64,000 nt of DNA, taken from assembly GCF_006345805.1 (NCBI RefSeq), contig NC_043009.1, forward strand, positions 21,762,001 to 21,826,000, in the 5' to 3' direction. Positions 38,899-50,875 of the stretch are shown here, in pieces. A program made the translations under genes and the position numbers. Each line of letters begins with the position of its first letter. Positions within the stretch are counted from its first letter, which is position 1. The notes beneath the pieces were generated by a model, which did not search any database, had not been told where the DNA came from, and was given only the letters and a program-made list of their open reading frames with translations. The stretch is from Octopus sinensis. Its lineage: Eukaryota.

Positions 38899-39510
38899 AA
38901 GGTGGCAACTTGGCAGAACTGTTAGCATTGCCAGGCAAAATGCTTAGCATCATTCCATTCATCTTTACATCTTGAATTCAAATTCCACTCAAGTCGACTT
39001 TGACTTTTATCCTTTGAAGGTCAATAAAATAAGTACCAACTGAACACTGGGGGGGGGGGCAATGTAATCAAATTACCCCCTCGCCCAAACTTGCTGGTAT
39101 TGTTTCAAAATCTGAAACCAATATTTGTTTTGGCTCTTTATGTTCTGAGTTCAAATCCTGCCGAGACCAACTTTGCTCTTCATACTTTCAGAGTTGTTAA
39201 AATAAATTATCAGCCAAGTACTAAGGTCATTGTATCGACATATCCCCATTATTTAAAACTTTCAGGCTTTGTACTTATGTTAGAAAAATTTAAGTGCAGT
39301 AGATTGACAGAATTATTTGAATGTTGGACAAAAAGCCTAGAGGTCTTTGATCAGACTCTTTGTTCTGAGTTCAAGCCTCACCATGGCCAACCTTTGTCTT
39401 TCATCCTTCCAAGGTCAATAAGTTAAAATACAAGTCAAGTACTGGGGTTGTTCTAATTGACTAACCCCCATTTTGGATCTTGTGCCTATAGTAGAAAGGA
39501 TTATTATTAA
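38899..39510 (+). mobile_element. Three consecutive SINE family 2 copies or fragments
   Basis: Repeated gttctgagttcaa...ctttcatcc..ggtcaataaaataagtac segments starting near 38899, 39135 and 39295. Confidence 0.7.
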
Positions 39511-40830
39511 AAGATTATTGTGTTGTGCAACTCCGTGAAAGAGACTGAACTACATGATGCCTGTTGTTTTTTTTTTATTTAATACAAATTTCTAACCATA
39601 ATTTGTCCATCTTTCAAGGTCTGTCAGATAACTACAGGCATGGCTGTGTGGTTTTGCCTTACATGGTACTGGGCTCAACCCCACTGTATGGCACCTTGGG
39701 CAATTGTCTTCTGTCTTACCCTTGGGATGACTACGTCAGTGGAATATGACAGGTAGAAACTGTTTCGAACTCCTTGTATGTGTGTGCAGTTGCTCATCAG
39801 CATCACCACCACCACCATCCGAAAGTCTGTTTATCCATGCTTGCATGGCATTGGTCAGATGGAGTTTATCAAGGCTGATTTTCTGCTGCCCAGTGTCTTT
39901 CCTTGTTGCCAACCATCACCAGTTTTCAAGCAATGTTATATTTCCCCAATGGCCCAAACATGTTCTGGCAGAATATTTGAAACGAATGACATTCATTTGC
40001 AACAATCATGCAATGGCAAAACAGATAAACATGTGTGCACTCATACACACACACACACAGCTTCTTGCAGTTTCTACCTACCAAATCCACTTACAATGTT
40101 TTTGTCTGACTTGGGCGATAGTAGAAGACACTTGCACAAGGTGCTATGCAGTGGAACTGAACCCTTAACCACACACCCATACCTGCACCTATGTTATATA
40201 AAAACTGATGCCATGAGTTGTTGTGCTTCAGCTTCCACATGTAATGTGTCCTCAGGAAACTAATCTGCAGTATAGCAGTTTAGAGTGTGGATGTGTAACA
40301 CTAAATTCATATAGATGCCATAGACGCGTAACTTCTTATTGGGCAACAAGCTCTTGTATTTGTAATGTTAGATGTGACATGATTCAACAACAAAAGGGGG
40401 GGGAATGGGGTGAGGTGGGGCAGTAAAGCAGGGGAAATAATTCCCTACTACTTTCGAAGGGAGATAATTGAAAGTATGCTAAATATGATTTGTTGTATTT
40501 CTTGTTGGCAAAATTAATATGTAGAAGTATTTAAGAGAGATTATTGTAATGAGTAATTAAATAAAAGATAAAATATTGTTAAAAAAATTAATATACAGTT
40601 AATTAAATAGATAAGTAGTTAAACGACTGAATATGTAGATACGTAATTAAATAATTGATTATATGGAATAATGTTAGGGCATAACAATGGAGGTACTCAA
40701 AGAGGAAAAGCCTGCAAGATGAGGTTGTGAAGTTGCATGATATCTATACAATTACAAGGTTAAGAATTTCCATGTTATGTCCTCCAGATATGATTTGTAC
40801 ATGAGTGATCTTTGGTTCATTTATATACAT

Positions 40831-41153
40831 GTACTGGTGGCATGTAAAAAGCACTATTCAAGCATGAGTGTTGCCAGTGCTGCCTGACTGGCTCCCATGC
40901 TGGTGGCATGAAACAAGCACCATTCAAGCGTGGTCAATGCCAGTACCACGTGACTGGCCCTCGTGCCGGTGGCACATGAAAAGCACCCACGACACTTTTG
41001 GAGTGGTTGGTGTTAGGAAGGGCATCCAGCTGTAGAAACTTTGCCAGATCAGATTGGAGCCTGGTGCAGCCTTCTGGCTTGCCAGCCCTCAGTCATACCG
41101 TCCAACCCATGCCAGCATGGAAAGCAGACCTTAAATGACGACGATGATGATGA
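40831..41153 (+). mobile_element. RTE-tailed repeat with 5' tandem hairpin subunits
   Basis: (gtgccggtggcacgtaaaaagcacc)-like units, then ggaagggcatccagctgtagaaac...aacccatgccagcatggaaagc and a (GAT)n tail. Confidence 0.75.
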
Positions 41154-41394
41154 TATGGGATTGAAAATGAAACCAACATAATTTGGGGAAAATGCAGAAA
41201 TAGACATGGATTATCTGAATAAATGAAACAAATGTGTAAGTACTTAAAAGTCTCTTATTTTATGTCATTACTCATTTCTCTTTTAATTACTGAACAGCCT
41301 AATTTTTTTGAAGTTACTAGCCAAACATCATAAAAAAAAAGAATATATGTGTGTGTGTATGTATGTGTGTAAGAAGAGAACTGACATCCTAAAA

Positions 41395-41610
41395 CCAAGG
41401 TGCCATGCAGAAAGTGCTGTGTCACACACAAAGCATGGGTGCTGGTGCCATGTAAACGGTGCCTAGTACACTCTGTAAACTGGATGGTGTTAAGAAGGGC
41501 ATCCAGCTGTAGAAACAAAGCCAAACACAATCTATAGAACCTGGTTCAGCTCCTGTCAAGCTGTCCAGTGCATGCTGGCATGGAAATGGGCATTAGATGA
41601 TGATGATGAT
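41395..41610 (+). mobile_element. RTE-tailed repeat, diverged
   Basis: aagaagggcatccagctgtagaaac...catggaaatgggcattagatgatgatg. Confidence 0.65.
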
Positions 41611-42021
41611 ATCAAAATTAGTTTTCAGTTTGCAGATACTTTCAAGTATATTTTTTTAATAAGAAAGTGACTTTTAAGCATTTGCTATTCATTTCGCTTG
41701 CTCAGGGTAACTAAGTCTGTGTTTATACTTTACCCCAACTGTTTTTATTTTATTATCAATCCCTCTGAAATATGTACCCAAATCCAAAGATTATCCATAA
41801 TTGTGAGCCCAGACACCAAAGGGGAGGTTTTTGGCAGCTCCTGAACTGCTTAAGAATAGACAGGCAGAGGCTTTCTGCACCATGTATATAGAGTGCTACA
41901 ATTAAATCTTTCATTATGGGCTTAACAGTTTGGATATGTAAGTATCTACACATTTGGAGACGAAAGTCTTTGAGTGTTCAAACGTAGCCTGGCTGTAAAA
42001 TGTGACAAGTATGCATGTAGT

Positions 42022-42480
42022 CTTTTGTTCTGTACTTGTTAGTCAGTCATTGGACTGTGGTCATGCTGGGGCAACACTTTGAGAGGTTTAGTTAAACAAA
42101 TGAATCCTTGTACTAAATTTTAAATCTGGTACTTTTATTCTCTCTGCCTTTTATGCCGAACCACTAACTTATGGAGACATAAACAACCTAACACCAGTTG
42201 TTAAGCAGTGGTGGAGACACACACAATGGGCTTCTACAGAGTTTCTCACTGCTAGATTCACTCCTGGGAATATATGTAGCCCATGGATTCAAGTATATGT
42301 TTCAAAGATTTGAAAGTAAAAATATTCTATTCTTCTCTAGGCACAAGGCCCAAAATTTGGTGGGAGGGGGCCAGTCGATTAGATCAACCTCAGTATGCAA
42401 CTGCTATTTAATTTATCAACCCCGAAAGGATGAAAGGCTAAGTTGACTGTAGCAGGATTTGAACTCAGAAGTAAAGATAT
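42022..42480 (-). mobile_element. SINE family 1 (42022-42265) and family 2 (42330-42480) copies
   Basis: Reverse complements of both family consensus segments. Confidence 0.7.
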
Positions 42481-44554
42481 TAAGAATCAGATAACTTCAC
42501 TGTTGCAGCCCTACTGTTGCAGCCCTACATAGTCATCAGTTGAGTATGGACATACAAGCTGTGTCATTTTTTAAAAAATTTTTGTACTCCTCTTTCTGTT
42601 AAAACTTTAACAGCCTGTACCTTCAAGCATGCACACACAGCTATTATTTAATTTTACTCACACAAAAATAGTAGAGATCAAAGTTGAACAATGACAAATT
42701 TACTGGGAGAGGTTTGGCCTCTGATATATAGGGTCTTGATTGGGTCCTGTGCTATGGGCTTGGAAACAAAATTGTTTTAGTGATGAGCCTCTGTTTTGCC
42801 TCTGAATTTCAGTCTAAGTTTTCAGCTTGCTGGCTCAACTAATGGCTCCCCTCTACATTCGATAATACCTATATTATCAATTTATTTTGTTGGTAAGCTG
42901 GCAGAATTGTTAACACATCGGACAAAATGTTTAGCAGCATTTCTTCTGTCTTTTTTTACATTCTGAGTTCAAACACTCTCAAGGTTGACTTTGCCTTTTG
43001 GAGCTGCTAAAGTACTGTAAAAACTCATGTAATTTGTGCACCTGTGTAATCTACACAGGTGATTTTCAGGATAAAATTTGTTAAAAAAAAAGCTCCTACT
43101 CATGTAAAATTCGCACCCAAAAGATTTCAGAATTACCGATATAGGCAGAAGGGAAAGGTTTTCAATTTAGTTGTATTTAGCATAATTTCACTTATTTATG
43201 ATTACATTTTATTAAATTTTCAGTATATAAAAATAATTTCTATTAAACAGGTATCACATTGAAAGCTTTTGAATTATGAAGTGTTTGTGTTGTTTATGAT
43301 AAACTTTATTTTACATTTCTTGCCCACAAGAGATGATGTCCAATCTTTAGCATACTTGTGTATGTCTTCTAAAATCACAATCACAGGAAAAATTGTTGAT
43401 AATTCTTATCAACAAAAATAAAGCTAATATATATGCACAAGTGTTGCAAATTAAGCTTAATTACCAATAAACATCAGCTTGGATGACACTTTACTCAACG
43501 AACAGAGAAAGGTGACTGATCAAACTGATTATGTAAACAGAATTCTGATTGGTCAAAAGTGCCTTCTTGTCTCAAGCTCTGATTTTCCACCAAAAGTATC
43601 CACCACGGAGTATCAAAATTTTAATCCCTTTCACACTTATAAGATGTCAAGCAAACTTTAAAATTTGTCATTACTGTTTTAGCTGGGAGACCAAAATGAT
43701 AGTTTGGTAAACTGCTAAAATAAACATTAAAAATTGAAAGGAGAAAATAAACAGCTTTGCAAGTTTAACTCAGTGTTTATTGAACAAGAGAGTGAAGGTT
43801 TCTGTAGGAATGCTAAGTCATATTCACTTATTGAGTTTACATACGCAAGGATGAACTATGATGTTGCTGTTGGTGTTAGATGCAGTAAGATATGGCCCAG
43901 ACCGTGATTACCAGCATGAACGTCAAACTTCAAAAAGTAGTTAACCATTGAATGGTTTAAGTAAATTTATACAGAAAAGTAAGCATTATATGGTCCAGCA
44001 TAAATAAAAGTTAACTTCATTATATTTTTTCTGTAAAAACCTATTCTGACATTAAATGAGTCAACTTCCAGTACAAATGTTTACATTTGTACATCAGTTT
44101 TCAACAAAAAAAAATTTCTAAAAAGTTCTGGAAACAATCTCATATAATTTACACACCCTCTAAAGTTTATTTCTGTTTTAGTGAAAAAAGTGCATAAATT
44201 ACATGGATTTTTACAGTAAGTGCTAGTGGAGTACTGAGGGTCAAAGTAGTTGACTTCCCCCTTCCCTTAAAATAATTGACCTTGTGCTGAAATTAGATCT
44301 GATTATGCTGGTGGGAGTGTGTCTCCTTGCTGTCATTTGCATGAAACTGATCTACTCAGTGGTGTGTCATATTTCATAGCTTTCGGCAGTCTTTGGTTGT
44401 GCTTCTGACATCAAATCCTTATCAGATGTTAATTAGTACATTGACAACTTAGTCTAAAATTACCATAGACCAGCCTAAACATAGTAAATTATGACAGGAA
44501 AGGTTTTAGGCTATAGAAAATCTACCTCAAGAAATTCCATCTGGCCCATGATGG

Positions 44555-44585
<31 letters not shown>

Positions 44586-44586
<1 letters not shown>

Positions 44587-44975
44587 TAGCAGTATCGCCC
44601 GGCATTGCTTGGGTTTGTAAGGGAAATAATTATATAAGCATTTTTAGAGAGTTATAGCCCAAAAAATGCATTAAAAATGGAAAAAAAATTTAAGATAAAT
44701 TTTTTTTTAAAATCGTTGACACATCGTAGATATTTTTAGAGAGTTACTTCCCTTATATAATAGTGAAAAAAATGCATTAAAATGGAAAAATATGATGGTA
44801 AATTTTTTTTAAATCGTAGACTCATCGTAGACGCACGCTAATACCCAGAAGGGCTCGATATGAATCACGACTATAAGATACCCGGTTTTGGTTACACTGC
44901 ACCGCAAAATGTGGGAGTAGTTAGGAATCTAAATCGTAGGAGACAGACACACAACTTCACTTTTATATATAAAGA
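44586..44975 (-). mobile_element. Non-autonomous Helitron
   Basis: Minus strand A|TCTTTATATATAAAAG ... CCCAAGCAATGCCGGGCG hairpin ... CTAG|T, ending in a (TA)n tract. Confidence 0.8.
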
Positions 44976-45114
44976 TATAAGCCACGTAGTTATATACACA
45001 TACTTTGTTATATACACATTCTTAAAAGAAAATGTTATTTTGAACACAACATTTATAAAGAATAAAATATTTTTGGGTTTTTCTTTTAAACGGATGCATA
45101 CATTTATTAATAAC

Positions 45115-46002
45115 TATATATAAGTGTCGTCTGTTTATACATAAACACTGTTTCATACTGCAAGCTCGGCTCGCCAATTAATACTACCAAAATTAACGAC
45201 AGAAAGTAAAATAAAAACCAATTTACCTTTTCTGTATTGTTATAGCAATTCGACCGTCCGTGTGTCTTTGCAAATGTGTTGGAATGAGAAGTGAGTTGTG
45301 TTTTGGCGCCTTTTTTACTAATAACAAACACACACGTGTTTGTATGTAGTTGTTTGAAACGTTTGTGTTTGTCACTGTCATATATGTATGTGTATGCGTG
45401 TGTGTGAGGAATGACACACTCACGCACGCACACATGTACATCAATGCTTTCGGAGTGAAATGTTAAAATATTGAGTTTTCTCGAATTTTGTCTTAATTGG
45501 GGGTAAAATTGAAAGAAATTTTGTATGGCATGACCCAATGCAAGTACTTTGAAAAATCATGGGTAAACTCTAATTGAAGAAATTGTGTGAGGAGTAAATC
45601 GTTGTGTATTTATTTGTTTCTGTTTGCTGTGTTTTTTTTTTTAGTAGTGGTTTAAGGTACACTTCTCGTTTTATCGAAATAGTTTCACTTTAATCGTGCA
45701 AACTTGCAAAGAGAAAGTCGTAGAAATTAGAGTGATAGCGTGAGTGAATCAGATCGCTCCCTTTTTGTGTGTGTGTGTGTGTGCGTGTGCTATAGCCCAC
45801 ACTAAGAAAAGCACTTGACTCACACACCACAATGTGAGTTTTCTCTAAATTTTGCTTAATTGGGGTTGAAATTTTAAAAACTGGACCCGATGCATTCTAC
45901 TCTTAAAAATGCTAGGTAAATTGTAATTGAAGAAATCCTATATTGTAGATTTCTATAAGAGACAAAGGGAGGCAGATAAAATCTGCCTTTTATAATAAGA
46001 GA
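45115..46002 (-). mobile_element. Probable second Helitron family member, with an internal ~100-bp duplication
   Basis: 5' A|TCTCTTATTATAAAAGGC; perfect AGGCAGAT-aaa-ATCTGCCT hairpin near the 5' end; duplicated blocks at ~45480 and ~45845. The 3' CTRR end is not clear. Confidence 0.45.
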
Positions 46003-46014
46003 TATATATATATA

Positions 46015-46860
46015 CTAGCAGAATTGCCCGGCGTTGCTCGGGGCTGAATTGCTTGAAAGTACTGTTAATGATTGCGCTGAATGATGATGATTATTCAGGC
46101 AAATATTGATATAAGTTTACGCTGGGAGATAAGGACTTAACGATCAAACGTGTGCCATTGCATTGTTTTGGGGGAACCAAATTTCTGATGAGCATTATAG
46201 GGGCACCAGCTTTAAGTTTGAGAATGTGTGGTGGTAGTCCGGGGTGCTCAAAGGAATTCAGTACCTCTATTGGATAGTTGATGACGTCCTCTGGGTCAGG
46301 AGTTGTATCGATAGACTGATATACATAGACTTCCCCAGGAATGAGTTTTAGCATTTCATCATTAATATGGTGAACAGTTTTATTCCTCGGGGCCAGTATA
46401 GCCTTTTTGCCAATCCAATCCATATTCTGATAATTAGCTTGTAGATCTGGGAACACTGCATCTCTGAGATCAGAAGGCATCTTAACAATGGTACAAATGG
46501 AATCGATGGCAATATTACCATTTTCATCCCCTGGTATTTTGCTTTCGCCAAGTGCAATGAGGGTGTGAGGAAATGCTGCTGATGTGATATTACGTCGCAT
46601 ATGAGCACGCATATTGGTGTGAAGTTTGAGAGTTACTTCCCTTAATTTTAAAAAAATGCATTAAAATGGGAAAAAATGATGGTAAATTATTTGTAAAATC
46701 GTAGACTCATCGTAGACGCGCGCTAATACCCAGAAAGGCTCGATATGAATCACGACTATAAGATACTCGGTTTTGGTTAAACTGCATCACAAAATGTGGG
46801 AGTAGTTAGGAATCTAAATCGGAGTAGACAGACACACAACTTTTCTTTTATATATAAAGA
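46015..46860 (-). mobile_element. Helitron deletion derivative carrying a helicase fragment
   Basis: Same 5' ~240 bp and the same type of 3' hairpin (CCCGAGCAACGCCGGG) + CTAG as 44586-44975; inserted between A and T. Confidence 0.85.
46091..46627 (-). pseudogene. PIF1-family (Helitron Rep/Hel) helicase fragment, stop-free
   Basis: LKLHTNMRA, KAILAPRNKTVHHIN, YPIEVLNSFEHPGLPPHILKLKAGAPIMLIRNL..PKQCNGTRLIV. Confidence 0.9.
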
Positions 46861-47061
46861 TTTTCGTCCTAAAAAACTTTGTATGGAGTGAATGGTTACC
46901 TCTATGGAAATATATACACACACATTATACATACATGTGTGTATAGATGAATATATAAATACATTTAAATATCTTTATACACTTTTGGACGATCTTTCTG
47001 CTTCTTAGAGATAACTTTAGATGTTATTTTGCTTCAGAGCCACATTGTTTCAGATTTGGTA

Positions 47062-47419
47062 CAAGTGGCTGTGTGGTAAGAAGTCTGCTTCCCAACCACA
47101 TGGTTCCAGGTTCAGTCCCACTGCGTAGCACCTTCGGCAAGTGTCTCCTACTATAGCCTCAGGCCAACTAAAGCCTTGTGAGCAGATTTGGAAATTGAAA
47201 GAAGCCCATTGTATATGTGTGTGTCTGTTCCCTCATCACTGCTTGACAACTGGTGTTGGTGTGTTTATGTCCCCCATAACTTAGCAGTTCAGCAAAAGTG
47301 ACTGATAGAATAAGTACTAGGCTTTAAAAAAAATAAATCCTGGGGTCAATTTGTTTGACTAAAACTCTTTAAGGCAGTGCTCCAGCATAGCCACAGTCAA
47401 ATGACAGAAACAAGTAAAG
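47062..47419 (+). mobile_element. SINE family 1, full length
   Basis: Complete head, core and tail. Confidence 0.85.
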
Positions 47420-47851
47420 GAATGTGTGAAAAGGATAGGAGGTGACGTTCCATTGTCACTGTCACCATCAGGAAGGCAGTGAACCATTGATCAGCCCAAA
47501 TGACACTATTGTTCACAATTCTGTGATGTAAAACATATAAATAACTCCCATACTGGGTCACTATAATTGATTATTTCTTCTCCCTTTCCCCCTGTCCCTC
47601 TCCCACAGAGTTGATCTTGTCTCTAGCAGCCATCGTGCTGTGGTATGACTTTCAGTATTTAGTTCCATCCTCTAACTCTTGTGAGTTCACACACTGTCAG
47701 AGTTAACAAGCCAATAGTCATGTGCTGAATTTGGTTCAGTCAACTAACCCCACCCCCACGCTGTCTCTCTCTCTTTCTCTCCTCTTCTTTCTCTTTCTCT
47801 GTAATACAACAGTACAGCTTTTTACTTATTGTAAGAATAAATCATTATCAG

Positions 47852-48214
47852 TAGGAGTGGCTGTGTGGTAAGTAGTTTGCTTACGAACCACATGGTTCCG
47901 GGTTCAGTCCCACTGTGTGGCACCTTGGGCAAGTGTCTTCTTCTATAGCCTCGGTCCGACTAAAGCCTTGTGAGTGGATTTGGTAGATGGAAACTGAAAG
48001 AAGCCTGTCATATGTATGTTTGTGTATCTGTGTTTGTCCCCTGCCAACATCGCTTGAAAACGTCCCCGTAACTTAGCGGTTCAGAAAAAGAGTCCGATAG
48101 AATAAGTACTATGCTTACAAAAAATAAGTCCTGGGGTTGATTTGCTCAACTAAAGGCGGTGCTCCAGCATGGCCACAGTCAAATGGCAGAAGCAAGTGAA
48201 AGAAATGAAAGAAA
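47852..48214 (+). mobile_element. SINE family 1, full length
   Basis: Complete head, core and tail ending gaaagaaatgaaagaa. Confidence 0.85.
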
Positions 48215-48861
48215 GTACCCTCAATGTGGTGGCGGCAGCAGTGGCAATAAATGGTAGAATGTTAGGTCATGTGGTTAAAATTGTTACTTCCAAACACACA
48301 GTTCTAGTTTCAGTCCCACTGTGTAACACCTTTGGCAAGTCTCTTCTGATATAACTCTAGGCTGACCAGAGCCTTGTGAATGGATCTGTTGGATGGAGAC
48401 TGAAAGAAGCCCATGTGTGTGTGTGTGTGTATATATATATTAATAATATTAATAAGGTTTACTATGAAATAACATATTTTGAATACCTAACTGAGAACAA
48501 ACCGGTAATCATTTTGGGATAGTCCCTTATGTTATACATACATATATATGTGTGTGTGTGTCACTATCATATAAGCTGTGTCATTTATTCATTCCCAATA
48601 TTCTGCGAGAACATGTCTGACCATGGAAAAATATTACTTTGCTTGGAAACTGGTGAGGGTTAGCAGCAGGAAAGGCATCTGGCCACGGAAAAAGGCTGTC
48701 TTAACTCTGTCCAACTCATGCTGGCATAGAAAAGCAAACATTAAAACCATGAGGATGATGATATGTATGAATTGACTGCTGAGATAGTTAACTGTCTTGA
48801 TACCAACCAACCAACCCACCTTTGATAGTCACAGGTTCTATGCCATAAACTTGCTGCTCTA

Positions 48862-49212
48862 ATCTTTTAGTATTTAAACCAGCCATGCATGACCAAAATA
48901 TTCTACTTTTATGTTCAAACTGGCCATATTCAGCCTTTCACACAATCAGTATTCTGATTTGACAGACAAATCAGAATACTAAAGGGTTAACCCTTTTATT
49001 ACTGTATTTATTTTGAGATGCTCTGTGTTTCTTTCAATTAATTTTGAATATAACAAAGAATTTAGTAAAATAACTTAGTTATCATTCTGCTAGTGTTAGG
49101 AACATAAATTGTGACTAAAGTTTGATAGAAGATTTTAATTCAAAACTTATGAAAACAAGATAATTTGTACTCAGAGCCAGAGCTGGTTTCAGCCGGGTTG
49201 CTAATGAAAGGG
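48862..49212. mobile_element. Two piggyBac-like MITEs sharing one TTAA (48987-48990)
   Basis: ...aaaGGG|TTAA|CCCttt...; the right element (48991-49212) ends GGG|TTAA. Confidence 0.7.
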
Positions 49213-49313
49213 TTAAAGATATCTAAATTGAAATAAACAAAGTAGATCGTTAGAAAATTTCCATAAGAGATGAAAGTAGTAACTATACTGAGAAGTAATG
49301 TTTATCACCAACA

Positions 49314-49613
49314 TGGCTGTTCCGTAGGAACTAGCCACTTTCCTTGTTGCAAATTCAGTGACCAGTTGTCACTTACTTTTCAATACATTGCAAGCTGGAG
49401 CAAACTACTGCTATCTCTGGCATACAGGTGTCCACTGCTGAGGATGAGCGCAAATAGCTTGAAACCAGATGGTCTGGTAGTCCCATTGTTGCTGGAGGGT
49501 TTGCTCCCCTGCTTGCAATATATATCAGGTGCAGATTGCATTGATAATCAGCTACAGGAGGCATCCACCTGGGGTTAAAAACGGGAGTGAAGTCAGTTCC
49601 TACAGAATGGCCA
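49314..49613. mobile_element. MITE with ~19-bp TIRs, superfamily unclear
   Basis: tggctgttccgtaggaact / agttcctacagaatggcca. Confidence 0.55.
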
Positions 49614-49920
49614 TACTAAATTGAAATTGTCCATCAAAATTTTATGCTAATTTGCCCTAAACTCCAGTTTAATAGTGATGACAAATTATTTTACTAAATT
49701 TTTCATTATTTTAAAAATTAGTTAAAATAAGGTACTGTATTCTTTTCTACTCTAGGCACAAGCATGACTGTGGTTAAGAAGCTCACTTTGCAACCACACT
49801 CGGTTTAGGTTTCAGTCCCACTGTGTGGCACTTTAGGTAGGTATCTTGTGCTATAATCCCAGGTCAAACAATAATTTGTGAGTGAATTTGGAAGCTGGAA
49901 ACTGTTGTGTGTGGAGGATA

Positions 49921-50247
49921 GGATTTCCTTCAGTCATGAATGACCATGGGATTGCACCTAGAAAGTTGTCTTCCAAGACACAAGTTTGGGCAAGGTTGTT
50001 TATGGAAGACCAGCAGTTGCCCATACATACCAGCCTCCCCTTTTCATGCCACTGATGTTATCCAAGGGAAAAGCAAGGGCCAACATAGCTTGGCACCTGT
50101 GACATTGCAGCTCATTTCTACAGCTGAGTGAACTGGAGCAACATGAAATAAACTGTCTTGCTTAAGAACACAACAGACAGCCTGATCACAGAATCGAACC
50201 CACTACCTCATGATTGTGAGCGCAATGCTCTGACTACTGAGCCATGT
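49921..50247 (-). mobile_element. tRNA-headed SINE, family 3
   Basis: Minus strand head with gggttcgattc B-box; core gtcttgcttaagaacacaac also present at ~29230-29275. Confidence 0.6.
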
Positions 50248-50612
50248 GCTTTATATGTATGAATATATGTGCTTGTATGTTTGTCTCCTTGTCTTCACAT
50301 CATATGATAGTTGTAAATGTGTATCACTGTCCAACAATCATGTAACAGTTTCTTCATTGTCTTTTATCTTTAACTTTTATTTGTTTCAGTCATTAGACTG
50401 TGGCCATGCTGGGGCACTGCCTTGGAAAATTTTAGTTGAATGAATTGACCCTGGTACTTATTTTTCTTTCCAAGCTTAGTACTTATTCTATCAGGCTCTT
50501 TTCCCAAACTGCTGGGTTATGGGGAGGTAAACACACCAACACCGGTTGTCAAGCAGTGGTTGGGGCTCACACATACACACACACACACACACACATCTAT
50601 ATATATATATAT

Positions 50613-50875
50613 GAGAGAGGATGAGAAAAAAAAATTGACACCAGAAAAACCAAATGTTACGTAATGAACTTCATTAGCTTACAGCTGTTTCTACTATAAG
50701 ATGTGGTGGATTCTTGGTTTAGTACCAAGATAACATCCTATAGCTTCATCAGAGCCTTGAATATGTAATGCACTTTATTTGGGAAAGTTACATTTTCAGA
50801 ATAACATTGTGTTCTGGACCATACATATATTGAGTTCTACTCCAGGTTATTAGTTTCACTATTCCTAAGTGAAAT
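50613..50875 (-). mobile_element. Short HHR-bearing element ending at (TA)n, inserted in the microsatellite of a SINE
   Basis: Contains the 50676-50756 ribozyme; flanked by a family 1 SINE half (50361-50590). Confidence 0.55.
50676..50756 (-). ncRNA. Type I hammerhead ribozyme with long stem II and palindromic stem III
   Basis: GGCT-CTGATGA-A-GCTATAGGATGT...(TCTTGGT/actaa/ACCAAGA)...ACATCTTATAGT-A-GAAACAGCTGTA-AGCT. Confidence 0.75.

Noticed and set aside
46091-46612. Host PIF1 gene exon
   Set aside because: Bounded by Helitron termini shared with the 44586-44975 copy; no splice context.
47062-47135. tRNA genes at SINE heads
   Set aside because: A/B-box-like segments continue into SINE bodies and do not form complete cloverleaves.
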